From an uncultured Weeksellaceae bacterium (lineage in GTDB: Bacteria; Bacteroidota; Bacteroidia; Flavobacteriales_D; CAYVSK01), in contig CAZIDL010000003.1 of assembly GCA_964537825.1 (NCBI GenBank), positions 9,679 through 73,678 of the forward strand: 64,000 nt of DNA, written 5' to 3'. Of this stretch, positions 17,701 to 26,834 are shown piece by piece. The notes beneath the pieces were generated by a model that searched no databases, was not told the origin of the DNA, and was given only the letters and a program-made list of their open reading frames with translations. The position numbers and the translations under genes were made by a program. The first letter of the stretch is position 1. Each line of letters starts with the position of its first letter.

Positions 17701-19567
17701 CCACTTTGCCGCTGCCGGTGCCGAAGACGGTGGACATAAGTGAATTGCTGAGATCGGGGGAGAGCTTTTGGATGAACTGTCCGCTATTGGGATTGCTATA
17801 GCTTGCATTGCTGACCGGGTAGGTGCCGGTGCTCTGCCCGTAAAGAAAAATGTTATTGCTGCTGTCCCGGGCTACGAAGTAGGATTGATCGTAAGAAGAA
17901 GTCCCTATGTAGGAACCATTGAGGACGCTACTCGCCGAAGCATCGAATTGAACGACGAATCCGTCCTCAGCTCCCTGAGAACTGGTCTTCCAACCCTGAG
18001 CCATCTTGAGGTCACTGCTTTTCGTACCTCCGCTGATATAGATCCCCGTTCCTCCTCCCCTTTCGATCGCATATCCGGCATCGGCTGCACTCCCACCGTA
18101 GTAGCTGCAGAAGAGCACATTGGAAAGGTCAGAGCTCAACTTGGTGACGAACGCGTCCTGCCCTCCGGCCAGGGAATCCTGCATGGCAGTTGGGCTTACA
18201 GGAAGGTCGCTTGATCGGGTGGTGGAGACCAGGTAAGCATTGCCGGCAGTATCAACTTCCACTTCCCCGCGCAGGATATCGCCGTAATTGTAGTTGAGGG
18301 AGCTGGCCTCGTTCAGTCCATCATTGCCGCTCCCTCCCATATAGGTCGATGCCAGGAGGGCAGTTCCGTCCGAAGCGAACTTGCTGATAAAAGCATCGGT
18401 CCCATTGCCGAACGGGATGGCCCCAAAAGCAGTACCATTGCTTCCTCCCGAAAAGTTCGGGAAGGCCGCATTGCTATCGGTCGGAAAATCCGAGGAGCCT
18501 GTGGATCCCAGTACATAAAGCTGGTTCTGCCCGTTGACCACCAAGCTGTGCGGAAGTTCGTTCTTCGAGCCGCCGAGGTAAGTGGAGTAGAGCAGGGAGC
18601 TCCCGTCCGGTGCGAACTTGGAAATGCTGACGTCGCAGCCAAGGCCGTTGGAGCTACCCCCGCCGAAATTGAGCTGATAAGCACCGCTCGTCGTGGGATA
18701 ACCTCCTCCGAACACCGTTCCTCCTGCATAGAGCGCTCCGTCTTTGTCGAAGGTCGCCGTATTCCCCCAATTGTCGGATGTTGATCCAGTATAGCTGGCA
18801 AATATCACGCTGGGATCTATAAGGAGCGGGCTCCCTTTTCTGTATCCTTCTGGGAAGTGAAAGCGGACCGTATCCCCTTTTTTTACGAAGCGACAGGGAA
18901 CCAGCTCTTTTTTCCCCTCCTTCCACTGATAAGCACGGGGGGTTTTTTCGATGATCGTGCCCATGGAGGTCTGAATGTGAAGTTGACCTTCCTTTGTGAT
19001 GCGAAGGTCCTCAGCTCCTTCATAGCCGAGGGCGATGCGGGAAGGATCCCCCTTCCCTGTCAGCTCGAACGTATACTTGATGCCCCGCGCTTCGCGCTCG
19101 AAGCGCAGGTCGATGCCCGGGTAGATCCCTTTCATACGTACCGTTCCGTATGAATGAACCCTTTCAGCCCAATCCCGCGGATCCTTCCCCTGATAGAAGT
19201 TGGCGTAATAGGAAGAGCGCCCTTTTTTTTCAAAGCGAGAAGAAGACGCTCCCAAAAGCTCTACTTTCACAGCATGTGCATCGATACGTATTTCGGAGAG
19301 GTCAAGGTCCTGCTTCCCTGAAAGTTGATGGTGAAGCTCATGGAGTTCCTGGCGGTCCACGCGATGATAGGTGAAGCCTTTCTCACCGATGAAGAAGTCG
19401 CCGCCGGGAACCCTGCTCCGAAACCGCACCTCCTGGTGCCATTGTCCCTTATTGGGCATAAAGAGCCTTTCCCCTTTCGGAGTGCTTCCCAGGCCTGAGC
19501 TGGGAGCAAGAACCCCAAGAAAAAAAAGCCCGAAGAAGAGCCCTGCTATGTACTCTTTCCTTTTCAC
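14708..19567 (-). CDS. giant cell-surface protein (adhesin-like) with T9SS type-B C-terminal sorting domain
   Basis: 1619 aa.
- Signal peptide.
- N-terminal domain followed by SBBP-like beta-propeller repeats (YSTYLGGS...DFPT, YMGGSGND...).
- PKD domain with WDFGDGS, near nt 17183-17200.
- Nine tandem Ig-like modules.
- C-terminal LYAPNAFTPDGDGINDEW...IYDRWGELLFE...WSGKVDG...YVYKI domain (gliding-motility-associated / CHU_C type-B CTD). Confidence 0.9.
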   Translation of the reverse strand: MKRKEYIAGLFFGLFFLGVLAPSSGLGSTPKGERLFMPNKGQWHQEVRFRSRVPGGDFFIGEKGFTYHRVDRQELHELHHQLSGKQDLDLSEIRIDAHAVKVELLGASSSRFEKKGRSSYYANFYQGKDPRDWAERVHSYGTVRMKGIYPGIDLRFEREARGIKYTFELTGKGDPSRIALGYEGAEDLRITKEGQLHIQTSMGTIIEKTPRAYQWKEGKKELVPCRFVKKGDTVRFHFPEGYRKGSPLLIDPSVIFASYTGSTSDNWGNTATFDKDGALYAGGTVFGGGYPTTSGAYQLNFGGGSSNGLGCDVSISKFAPDGSSLLYSTYLGGSKNELPHSLVVNGQNQLYVLGSTGSSDFPTDSNAAFPNFSGGSNGTAFGAIPFGNGTDAFISKFASDGTALLASTYMGGSGNDGLNEASSLNYNYGDILRGEVEVDTAGNAYLVSTTRSSDLPVSPTAMQDSLAGGQDAFVTKLSSDLSNVLFCSYYGGSAADAGYAIERGGGTGIYISGGTKSSDLKMAQGWKTSSQGAEDGFVVQFDASASSVLNGSYIGTSSYDQSYFVARDSSNNIFLYGQSTGTYPVSNASYSNPNSGQFIQKLSPDLSNSLMSTVFGTGSGKVDISPAAFMVSECNNIYLSGWGGQVNQGHGVNSSSTNGLPTTSNAYQSSTDGSDFYLMVLGSNASNLKYASFFGGGTSQEHVDGGTSRFDDNGVVYQAVCAGCGGNNDFPTTPGAHSSTNNSNNCNLAAFKFDMSEVNANIQPKDPPIACKPDTFSFNFSGTGGNLHLWDFGDGSKDTGTNVSHFFQDTGTYQVTLVVMDTLTCEEPDTAKTKVSIFPPIPPSADSVSSICPGDSVQLNVDGGIDPKWSPVDSLSDPNVTDPVVYPDTSTQYQVTLKGCATDSTVVEDTLNVTVPVHSINSYAYGDSTICKGDTVKLHAQGGISYDWDPDTSLNDTAVADPLVFPQDSTAYRVRIIDSNGCANRDTVTIALHPSPSFEPQDTTICKGDSVQLDPEASSSATYLWSPSTGLSDSTAKNPIASVTDSTVYRIEMTNTNGCSSVDSLFLNVHQDPYLSARDTAVCKFDTVKLDIDGDTGSYLWTPSKHLSDPTIQDPTVVAFDTTLYSISLTDTNGCVSKDTLTLNVPDPPEISLHSDTAICRGDSTELWVKGGVTQEWSPSFSLDDKNSSDPLAYPDSSTLYKVVVKDSLGCENADSIQVNTLSLPDISSSPDSFICLGDSLRIGASGGVSYTWTPDSSMSDSSSSDPLVWPRSHTDYKVVVTDAKGCEDQDTVRIEVDTTKPDPMSSADTTICKWDTASLWAEGGRIYEWTPSKGLANPDSASTSASPLQNTLYVVEMKNGCGVGFDSTAVTLQKPEAKVGPDTLICEGDRKVYLRASGGKNYRWEPAELVEDPDSASTIARAKSSMEFLAIVSDSLGCRDTGKASVTVSRNPELWAGSDRKVEWGSKITLSAEGEKGNYVWHPGHFFEDSASSSVSFRPKDHGVFWVELTDSNGCRTIDSLLIEVSGSLYAPNAFTPDGDGINDEWQVKGEKIEKFHLRIYDRWGELLFETRDMSDGWSGKVDGHRAKPDVYVYKIIYTEEYRPHVEKEKVGHITLVR
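14990..17038 (-). repeat. nine tandem Ig-like coding modules of about 75-85 aa inside the adhesin gene
   Basis: Recurring pattern IC.GD(S/T)..L.A.GG..Y.W.P...LSD....P.V.P..(S/T).Y.V...D..GC...D...(V/I). It is seen eight times with the Cys pair, plus one degenerate copy (VEWGSKITLSAEGEKGNYVWHP). Confidence 0.8.
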
Positions 19568-19718
19568 GAATTCATAGTCCCCTCAAGATCGTGAATTTAC
19601 GCCGATCCTTTGGTCCGAGCAAGATCGGATAAGGAGTGCATGGAACGTTGGAAACATTTTTAAGTTTTTTTGTTCCGTTCTCTGAAAAAGCTCCTAGATT
19701 CGCGCTATCCCGATCGAA

Positions 19719-20348
19719 ATGGGAAAGGGCCTTTCCACCATATTAGACGAAGCCCGGATGCTTCTGCTGCGTTATGGGTTCAAGAGCATGACCATGGATG
19801 ACGTTGCGAAAGGGCTTCGGGTCTCAAAAAAGACCCTCTATCAGTTCGTTGAGAACAAAGAGGACCTGGTGAAGCAAGTGATGGAGTATGACTGTTCAAA
19901 ACAGCGCAAGAAAGTCAAAGCAGTACAGGGTGAAGGGCATGATGCGATCCGTGAAAGTTTCGAGTTCGGTCGCTACTTGATCAGCCTACTAGGGGAGGTC
20001 CATCCTTCGATCCATTACGATCTGGAAAAATACTATCCCCGGGCTTGGGACGTATTTCTGAGATTCAAGAACGAAGAGGTCGTAGGATATGTGCAGGACA
20101 ACCTCGATCGGGGTATTGAGGAAGGGCTCTATCGGAAGGACTTCGATCCCGGTGTGATCGCTCGGATCTACACCTATCGGATCGATGTGGTATTCCACGG
20201 AGGATTGTTCCCTCCCGAAAGCTATTCCTTCACAAGGGTGTATCAAGAGATGTTCTTCTATCATATGCTCGGGGTGGTCAGTGACAAAGGGCGTGATCAG
20301 CTTTATAAAGATTGGAAGGAGGGACATATGAACTTCGAAGTTTCCTGA
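19719..20348 (+). CDS. TetR/AcrR-family transcriptional regulator
   Basis: 209 aa. N-terminal HTH FKSMTMDDVAKGLRVSKKTLYQFVENKEDL. Sits immediately upstream of the TolC-MFP-RND genes. Confidence 0.9.
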   Translation: MGKGLSTILDEARMLLLRYGFKSMTMDDVAKGLRVSKKTLYQFVENKEDLVKQVMEYDCSKQRKKVKAVQGEGHDAIRESFEFGRYLISLLGEVHPSIHYDLEKYYPRAWDVFLRFKNEEVVGYVQDNLDRGIEEGLYRKDFDPGVIARIYTYRIDVVFHGGLFPPESYSFTRVYQEMFFYHMLGVVSDKGRDQLYKDWKEGHMNFEVS

Positions 20349-20350
20349 AG

Positions 20351-21715
20351 ATGCGAGCCTCCGATTTCTTTACGATAACGCTGTTCCTTTTCTTTCCATT
20401 TTTCGTTCTTCCTCAGGGAGCAAAGGAGGATACGAGCGAGGTTCACCGTATGGGGCTGAAAGATCTGCGGAAATATGCGGGGGAGCATAGCCATCGGGTG
20501 CGCATCGCTCAAAAGGAGGTCAAAAAGGCCAAAAAGGACGTACAGGCCACTACTGCTATCGGTCTTCCTCAAGTGCGCGTCTCCGGCAATTACGAGAATT
20601 TCATCGATCGCCCGGTCAATCTGATCCCTGCCGAGTTCTTCGGAGGTCCGCCCGGTGAATTCGCCGAGGTCAAGTTCGGAACGAAACACAATGCCCGGTA
20701 TCAGATCCAAGCCGAGCAACTCCTCTTTGATGGATCTTATTTCGTTGGTCTTCAAGCCTCTAAAACCTACAAGCGGGTTGCGGAGGAACGGGTGAAAAAG
20801 AACCGCATGGAGACCAAAAGAAGGGTGGCGAACGCCTACATCAGCACCCTTTCTGCTCGTGCTGAGTTGAAAAGCCTAAAGCGAACGATCCAGAACATAC
20901 GGTCTCTTTATGAGGAGACGGATGCCATGTACCAGGAAGGAGTGACATCACGGGAAGAACGGGATCAATTGGAGCGCACCCTCATCAATATGGAAAATTC
21001 CGTTAAAGGGGCCCAAAAAGGGGTCCGCAGAGCGAAACGGTCCCTCAAACTGCTCGCTGGAATACCAGCTAAGGATTCCCTCGTGTTAACGGATAGCCTA
21101 CAGGGAGTGCTTGAGGGAGGCGATGATGAAAAGCTTATGGAACGGACTTTTCACCCCAAAGAGCACATCGACCATCAGATCGCTAGCACCCAAGTGCAGC
21201 TCAAACATCTGAATTTCAAGAACGAAAAAGTGGACTTCCTGCCTGATCTGAGCGCTTTTTTCAATTATCAGGAGAACGCTCAGCGCGATGAGTTCAACTT
21301 TTTCGATGACGCGAATGGCAAGTGGTATCCTCAGACCGTAGCGGGGGTAAAGGTCAGTATCCCCATCTTCAATAGTGGTCGTAAACTCTTTCAGGCTCAG
21401 AAAGCGAAAGTCGATCGGCTACAGGCAGAGGTGGAACAAGAACAGGTGGACCAGCAGCTAAGGACCGATCATCGGAACGCGAAGAGCCGATACCTCCAAT
21501 ACAGCGAGGAACTCGAGAAGCAAAAGAAAGCCCTCGATCTGTCCAAAAGCATTTTGGAGCGAACGATCGATAAGCACCGGGCTGGCACGGTCAGCAGCCT
21601 CGAGGTCACCCAGACCAAGAACCAGTACCTGGAGGACCGGAGGGCTTACATCCGCTCCGCCCGGGAGCTTTTGCATGCTCGGACCGAACTTAAAGAGATC
21701 CTTGGAAAATACTAA
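20351..21715 (+). CDS. TolC-family outer-membrane efflux protein
   Basis: Signal peptide MRASDFFTITLFLFFPFFVLPQG, two OEP repeats and long helical segments. The ORF is open from 20312, but ATG 20351 lies 3 nt after the TetR stop and gives a proper signal peptide. Confidence 0.88.
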   Translation: MRASDFFTITLFLFFPFFVLPQGAKEDTSEVHRMGLKDLRKYAGEHSHRVRIAQKEVKKAKKDVQATTAIGLPQVRVSGNYENFIDRPVNLIPAEFFGGPPGEFAEVKFGTKHNARYQIQAEQLLFDGSYFVGLQASKTYKRVAEERVKKNRMETKRRVANAYISTLSARAELKSLKRTIQNIRSLYEETDAMYQEGVTSREERDQLERTLINMENSVKGAQKGVRRAKRSLKLLAGIPAKDSLVLTDSLQGVLEGGDDEKLMERTFHPKEHIDHQIASTQVQLKHLNFKNEKVDFLPDLSAFFNYQENAQRDEFNFFDDANGKWYPQTVAGVKVSIPIFNSGRKLFQAQKAKVDRLQAEVEQEQVDQQLRTDHRNAKSRYLQYSEELEKQKKALDLSKSILERTIDKHRAGTVSSLEVTQTKNQYLEDRRAYIRSARELLHARTELKEILGKY

Positions 21716-22899
21716 TGGAACCGTTCAAAAGCATCCTTTATCCCCCGTTCTTCTTTATACTCTTCACGCTCGTTGGATGCCAGGGAGCTGGGGAAACCGG
21801 GGATAAAAAGCTCAAAGCAGAGCTCAGCAAGAAAAAAGTGCGCTTGAAGGAACTCCAGGAACAGGTCGATTCGATCGAGCGGCGTTTGAACCGTACCGAT
21901 AGTGGAAAGGGTAGCAAAGGCCCCCGCGTATTGGTGCGGACGAAGCGGATGGAACCCGTCCCCTTCTCGCATTATTTCCATGTCACCGGTGCCGTGAAAG
22001 CCGACCAGGAGGTTTTATTGAGCGCCGAGCGGCAAGGGGTCCTCAAAGAGATCCTTGTGGAAGAAGGCGAGCGCGTCGAGGAAGGAGAGCTCATAGCTCG
22101 TCAGAACCGGTCGGTCTTGGAAAGCAGGTTGGCCGAAGTGGAGGCCCGTTATCAGCACGCAAGGACCCTGTATAAGAAACAGGAACGGCTGTGGAAGGAA
22201 AAGGGGATCGGTTCCGAGGTCGAATACCTCAACGCCAAGAACAGGATGGAGACCTTGCGGCAAAAGAAGATCTCATTGGAGGAAGAACTGGAGATGACCC
22301 GCATCAAAGCGCCCATTACGGGAGTAGTTGAGGAACTCCGGTTGAAACAGGGAGCATATGCTGCTCCTTCCAGTCCTATTGCGCACATCGTGGGGCTCGA
22401 GAAACTTTTCGTAGAGGCCGACCTTTCCGAACGCTATTTGGGAAAAGTGAAGGTGGGCGATAGCGTGAAGGTAAGCTTTCCGGTGCTGAGTATCAGTTTT
22501 TTCCGAGGGATCCACAGCCTGGGCGATCACATCGACCCCCAGGATCGCACCTTCGAGGCCCGTGTAAAGATCCGCAATACGGAAGAGCGTATCATCAAGC
22601 CCAATCTTAGTGCAGAGTTGCGCTTCACCTCCTTCAAGACCGATAGTGCATTGCTCGTCCCTTCCGGGATCATACAAACCGATCCCGAAGGAGAATACGT
22701 TTACGTGGTCACCCCTTCGGATACGGCGAAGAAACGTTATGTGGAACTCGGGCCATCCCAGGACGGGCGCTCCCTGGTCAGGAAAGGGATCGAAGGGGGA
22801 GCCCGGGTAGTGGTCGCTGGTTATGATCAGGTCACCGACGGAGCTGCTGTGCGGGAGCAGGAGGGAATGACCGCTCAACGAAGAAGCGGCGAGAAATGA
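21715..22899 (+). CDS. efflux RND periplasmic adaptor subunit (MFP/HlyD family)
   Basis: 394 aa. Lipoprotein-like signal (LVGC), coiled-coil hairpin, and barrel-sandwich motifs (IKAPITGVV, ALLVPSGIIQTD..GEYVYVV). 1-nt TAATG overlap with the TolC gene. Confidence 0.9.
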   Translation: MEPFKSILYPPFFFILFTLVGCQGAGETGDKKLKAELSKKKVRLKELQEQVDSIERRLNRTDSGKGSKGPRVLVRTKRMEPVPFSHYFHVTGAVKADQEVLLSAERQGVLKEILVEEGERVEEGELIARQNRSVLESRLAEVEARYQHARTLYKKQERLWKEKGIGSEVEYLNAKNRMETLRQKKISLEEELEMTRIKAPITGVVEELRLKQGAYAAPSSPIAHIVGLEKLFVEADLSERYLGKVKVGDSVKVSFPVLSISFFRGIHSLGDHIDPQDRTFEARVKIRNTEERIIKPNLSAELRFTSFKTDSALLVPSGIIQTDPEGEYVYVVTPSDTAKKRYVELGPSQDGRSLVRKGIEGGARVVVAGYDQVTDGAAVREQEGMTAQRRSGEK

Positions 22900-25800
22900 A
22901 GCGAGCGGGAGATGCGGGTGAGCAGGATAAGGAGCGTTCTTTCGGATTAACGGACCTCGCCCTTAAGAACAGTACGAGCACCTTCATCCTCACTTTCCTG
23001 GTTGTCCTGATGGGGATCGGATCCTATATCTCCCTTCCCAAGGAGTTGTTCCCCGATATCGAGATCCCGACCATCTATGTGAGCACGCGGTATCCCGGGA
23101 ATTCACCCGCGGATATGGAGAATCTGATAACGCGTCCGCTCGAAAAGGAGATCGAGGACGTGGAAGGGATCGAGGAGCTTAACTCCACTTCCACACAAGG
23201 GTTCTCTGCGGTCGTTGTCGAGTTCAGCCCACAAGTGGTCGTTCAGAATGCGCTTATAGACGTTCGGGATGCGGTGGATAAAGCCAAGAGCGAGCTTCCC
23301 GATGACCTTGATCAGGACCCTAACGTAAGAGAGGTCGACTTTAGCCGCTTCCCCATCTTCAACGTCAACCTTTCCGGAGAGATGGGACTGACCGATCTGA
23401 AGCGATACGCTGAGGAGCTTCAGGAACGGATCGAATCGCTTCCACGGATCAATGAGGCCGAGATAAAAGGGGACCTGGAGCGGGAGATACGCATCAATGC
23501 CGACCTCCACGCGATGCAGAACCGAAAGGTTAGCTTTCGGGACATCCAGGATGCTGTGGTCAGCGAGAATGCCTCCATCGGTGCCGGCGATCTTACGCTG
23601 GGGAACAAACAGCGCTCGGTACGGATCCAGGGGGAGTTCGATAACGTACGGGAAATACGGGATATAGTGGTAAAGGACGAGGGTAGCAGTGTGGTGCATT
23701 TGAGCGAGGTGGCAGAGGTCGTGGACGGTTATAAGGAGCGGGAGAGCTATGCGCGATTGGACGGCGATCCGGTCGTGTCCCTCGATATCATCAAAAAAGG
23801 TGGAGAGAATCTCTTGCTCGCTACGGAGAACGTGAACGAGCTTCTCGATGAGGCTAAAGCCAACTATCTACCCGAAGATCTGAACGTCACCATCACGAAC
23901 GATCAGAGCGATCAGGTGAAGAGCCAGATCTCGAACCTCGAGAACAACATTATTTCCGGTGTCATCCTGGTCACCCTCGTGCTTTATTTCTTCCTGGGTT
24001 TTCGGAACGCTCTTTTCGTTGGGATCGCGATCCCTATGTCGATGTTCCTTTCCTTCCTGATCATCTCGGGACTCGGCTATCCCCTCAATCTTGTCATCCT
24101 TTTTGCTCTGATCCTTGCATTGGGGATGTTGGTGGACAATGCCATCGTCGGGATCGAGAACATTTACCGCCATTATCACGAGGAAGGCCTTTCAGCCTTC
24201 AGGGCGGCCCGAAAAGGGATCGGGGAGATCGCCCTTCCGATCATCAGTTCCACGGCCACCACCCTTGCGGCTTTTTTCCCGCTGGTGTTCTGGGATTCGA
24301 TCATCGGGGAATTCATGTTCTACCTCCCTATTACCCTGATCATCGTGCTCGCTTCATCCCTCTTCGTAGCATTGGTCATCAATCCCGTCGTTGCGCGGAC
24401 CTTTTTGCGTCGTGAAAGCAAGCGGAGCATTGCGGAAACCCGGAAACGCCGATGGATCGCTTCCGGCATTTCCGTGGGACTTGCGGTCGTTTCCTATTCC
24501 TTCATCTCCATCGCTTTAGGGAACATCTTAACCTTGTTCGCGATACTGATCCTTCTGGACCATTACATCCTCGGGCCCATCGCTCATGCCTTTCAACACC
24601 GTTTCCTGCCTTTCCTCGAGCGGATCTACATCGTCACGCTTCGTTTTGCACTTCGTTCATGGCGGCCTTATGCTTTCCTTATCGGGACGGTTCTGCTCAT
24701 GATCTTCTCCATTTGGTCCTATTTCCAGAGCGATCCGGAAACGGAGTTCTTCCCGGTCAATCAACCGAAGTACATCAACGTGTTCGCCGAAATGCCGGTC
24801 GGAACAGATATATCTGCTACAGATTCCGTTGCTCGCGAAATAGAAAAAGAGTTGCGGAAGATCCTAGAGCCGCACGAAGAGATCGTGACCTCGATGGTCG
24901 CCAATGTCGGAAAGGGTACATCAGATCCTGCGGCCGGCCCTGAATCCATGGGGCAGGGTAAAACTCCGGAGCGGGCCCGGATCACGGTCTCTTTCGTGAA
25001 GTACGAAGAAAGGAACGGAAAGAGCACCCGGGCGGTCATGAAAGAAGTTTCCCGCAAACTCAAAGAGCGTCCGGGCGTTAGCATCACGGTGAAAAAGAAC
25101 CGGGAAGGTCCTCCGGTCGGGCGGCCGATCAACATCGAACTGAGGGGGCCTGACCTAGAGACCCTTTTCAGGGAGGCTGAAGAAATGAAGCGGCTCATCG
25201 CTTCACACGACATTCCTGGGATCGAGGGGTTGAAGACCGATGTGGACAAAGGGAAACCGGAGATGCGAGTGGCCATCGACCGTGGGCGTGCTGGACGCTA
25301 TGGTGTATCCACCTCGCAGATCGGGAGGGAGCTCCGTACCGCCATCCTCGGCAAGGAGATCTCCAAATACAAAGAAGGCGAGGATGACCACGACATCCGT
25401 TTGATAGCGGAAAAGAAATACCGTCAGGATATTTCAAGCTTGATGGACCAGCGGATCACGTTCCGGGATCCGGGATCGGGAAGGATCGTTCAGGTGCCCA
25501 TCTCTTCGGTGGCTGATGCGCGCTTCAATACCACTTACGGTTCCATTAAACGGAAAGGGATGGAACGTGTGATAACGGTCTACTCGAACGTCCTTGAAGG
25601 TTACAATTCCAACGAGATCAATGAAAGGATCGAAGGGATCCTCGCACGGAACTACGATCCTCCGAAAGGGTATGACTATGAGTTCACCGGCAAGCAAAAG
25701 GAGCAGGGAGAATCGATGGCCTTCCTTCAGAACGCCCTTTTGATAGCCGTCTCACTGATCGCCCTCATCCTGGTCTCCCAGTTCAATTCTCTGATAAAGC

Positions 25801-26324
25801 CTCTTATCATCGTGATCTCCGTGCTTTTCAGTACCACGGGGGTCTTTTTGGGACTTGGTATTACCGGTATGGACTTCGTGGTGATCATGACCGGTATTGG
25901 GATCGTTTCCCTGGCAGGGATCGTGGTGAACAACTCGATCGTTCTGATCGATTACATCGACCTTTATAAAGGATACAAAGAGCAGGAAAAAGGAGCTCCG
26001 TTGAACTCTGGCGAGGGTTTCGAAGCGATCGTAGAAGGGGGGCGCATCCGTTTGCGTCCCGTTCTGCTCACCGCCATTACCACCGTTCTCGGGCTTATTC
26101 CGTTAGCGAGCGGCATGAACATCGATTTCTACGGGCTGGTCTCCAGCTTGGAACCGGATATATTCTTCGGGGGAGACAATGCCAACTTCTGGGGGCCGAT
26201 GGCGTGGACGGTGATCTTCGGCCTGACTTTCGCCACTTTCCTGACACTCGTCATGGTCCCTGTCATGTACGCTATCGGTGACCGCATCAAAGAGGGGATG
26301 CGAGAATTGATCGCAGGGGAATAA
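22896..26324 (+). CDS. RND efflux permease (AcrB/AcrD/AcrF family)
   Basis: 1142 aa with 12-TM topology and two large periplasmic loops. Typical blocks LGMLVDNAIVGIENI and GIVVNNSIVLIDY. ATGA overlap with the adaptor gene. Confidence 0.93.
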   Translation: MKRAGDAGEQDKERSFGLTDLALKNSTSTFILTFLVVLMGIGSYISLPKELFPDIEIPTIYVSTRYPGNSPADMENLITRPLEKEIEDVEGIEELNSTSTQGFSAVVVEFSPQVVVQNALIDVRDAVDKAKSELPDDLDQDPNVREVDFSRFPIFNVNLSGEMGLTDLKRYAEELQERIESLPRINEAEIKGDLEREIRINADLHAMQNRKVSFRDIQDAVVSENASIGAGDLTLGNKQRSVRIQGEFDNVREIRDIVVKDEGSSVVHLSEVAEVVDGYKERESYARLDGDPVVSLDIIKKGGENLLLATENVNELLDEAKANYLPEDLNVTITNDQSDQVKSQISNLENNIISGVILVTLVLYFFLGFRNALFVGIAIPMSMFLSFLIISGLGYPLNLVILFALILALGMLVDNAIVGIENIYRHYHEEGLSAFRAARKGIGEIALPIISSTATTLAAFFPLVFWDSIIGEFMFYLPITLIIVLASSLFVALVINPVVARTFLRRESKRSIAETRKRRWIASGISVGLAVVSYSFISIALGNILTLFAILILLDHYILGPIAHAFQHRFLPFLERIYIVTLRFALRSWRPYAFLIGTVLLMIFSIWSYFQSDPETEFFPVNQPKYINVFAEMPVGTDISATDSVAREIEKELRKILEPHEEIVTSMVANVGKGTSDPAAGPESMGQGKTPERARITVSFVKYEERNGKSTRAVMKEVSRKLKERPGVSITVKKNREGPPVGRPINIELRGPDLETLFREAEEMKRLIASHDIPGIEGLKTDVDKGKPEMRVAIDRGRAGRYGVSTSQIGRELRTAILGKEISKYKEGEDDHDIRLIAEKKYRQDISSLMDQRITFRDPGSGRIVQVPISSVADARFNTTYGSIKRKGMERVITVYSNVLEGYNSNEINERIEGILARNYDPPKGYDYEFTGKQKEQGESMAFLQNALLIAVSLIALILVSQFNSLIKPLIIVISVLFSTTGVFLGLGITGMDFVVIMTGIGIVSLAGIVVNNSIVLIDYIDLYKGYKEQEKGAPLNSGEGFEAIVEGGRIRLRPVLLTAITTVLGLIPLASGMNIDFYGLVSSLEPDIFFGGDNANFWGPMAWTVIFGLTFATFLTLVMVPVMYAIGDRIKEGMRELIAGE

Positions 26325-26342
26325 GGAAAAAGAAAGAAAAGG

Positions 26343-26813
26343 CTAGCGATCCTCCCGGGCCCTCCGATTCGTGGAGTAGTTGATCTTGAGGGCCTTCGCT
26401 TGGCGGAGTTCCTGTTTGATATCCGTAACGATCCCCATTTCGGTCTTCTTGTCCACTTTCAGGGAAGTGGTGATAAGGGGCCTTTCAGCTTCCTTTCTTT
26501 TCTTGCGGTTCTTTTTGACCCAGGGTTGAATATCCTTGAGGGACGCAAAAGCGTCGTCCAATTGGATCCGGGGTGCTGTCCCGTAGCGTTCATTAAAAGG
26601 AGGCCCTACGTAAATATAGTCTACGAGGGATTTCTTTTCGAGCTTGGTGACCTCGGACGCCTCGGGCTTTTCCACTCGGACCTTTCGTTCGGTCTCCCGC
26701 ATCGTGGTGACCACCATGAAGAAAAAGAGGAGGATGAAGATGATGTCAGGAAGGGAGGCTGTGCTTATCTCCTGTCTCCCGCGTCCTTTTCCTTTGCTTT
26801 TGAACTTGGACAT
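26343..26813 (-). CDS. exbD: ExbD/TolR-family biopolymer transport protein
   Basis: 156 aa. N-terminal single TM with the conserved acidic residue context (SLPDIIFILLFFFMVVTT) and a periplasmic ExbD domain. Confidence 0.85.
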   Translation of the reverse strand: MSKFKSKGKGRGRQEISTASLPDIIFILLFFFMVVTTMRETERKVRVEKPEASEVTKLEKKSLVDYIYVGPPFNERYGTAPRIQLDDAFASLKDIQPWVKKNRKKRKEAERPLITTSLKVDKKTEMGIVTDIKQELRQAKALKINYSTNRRAREDR

Positions 26814-26834
26814 GACCTTCGTCCCGTTTGCTTA

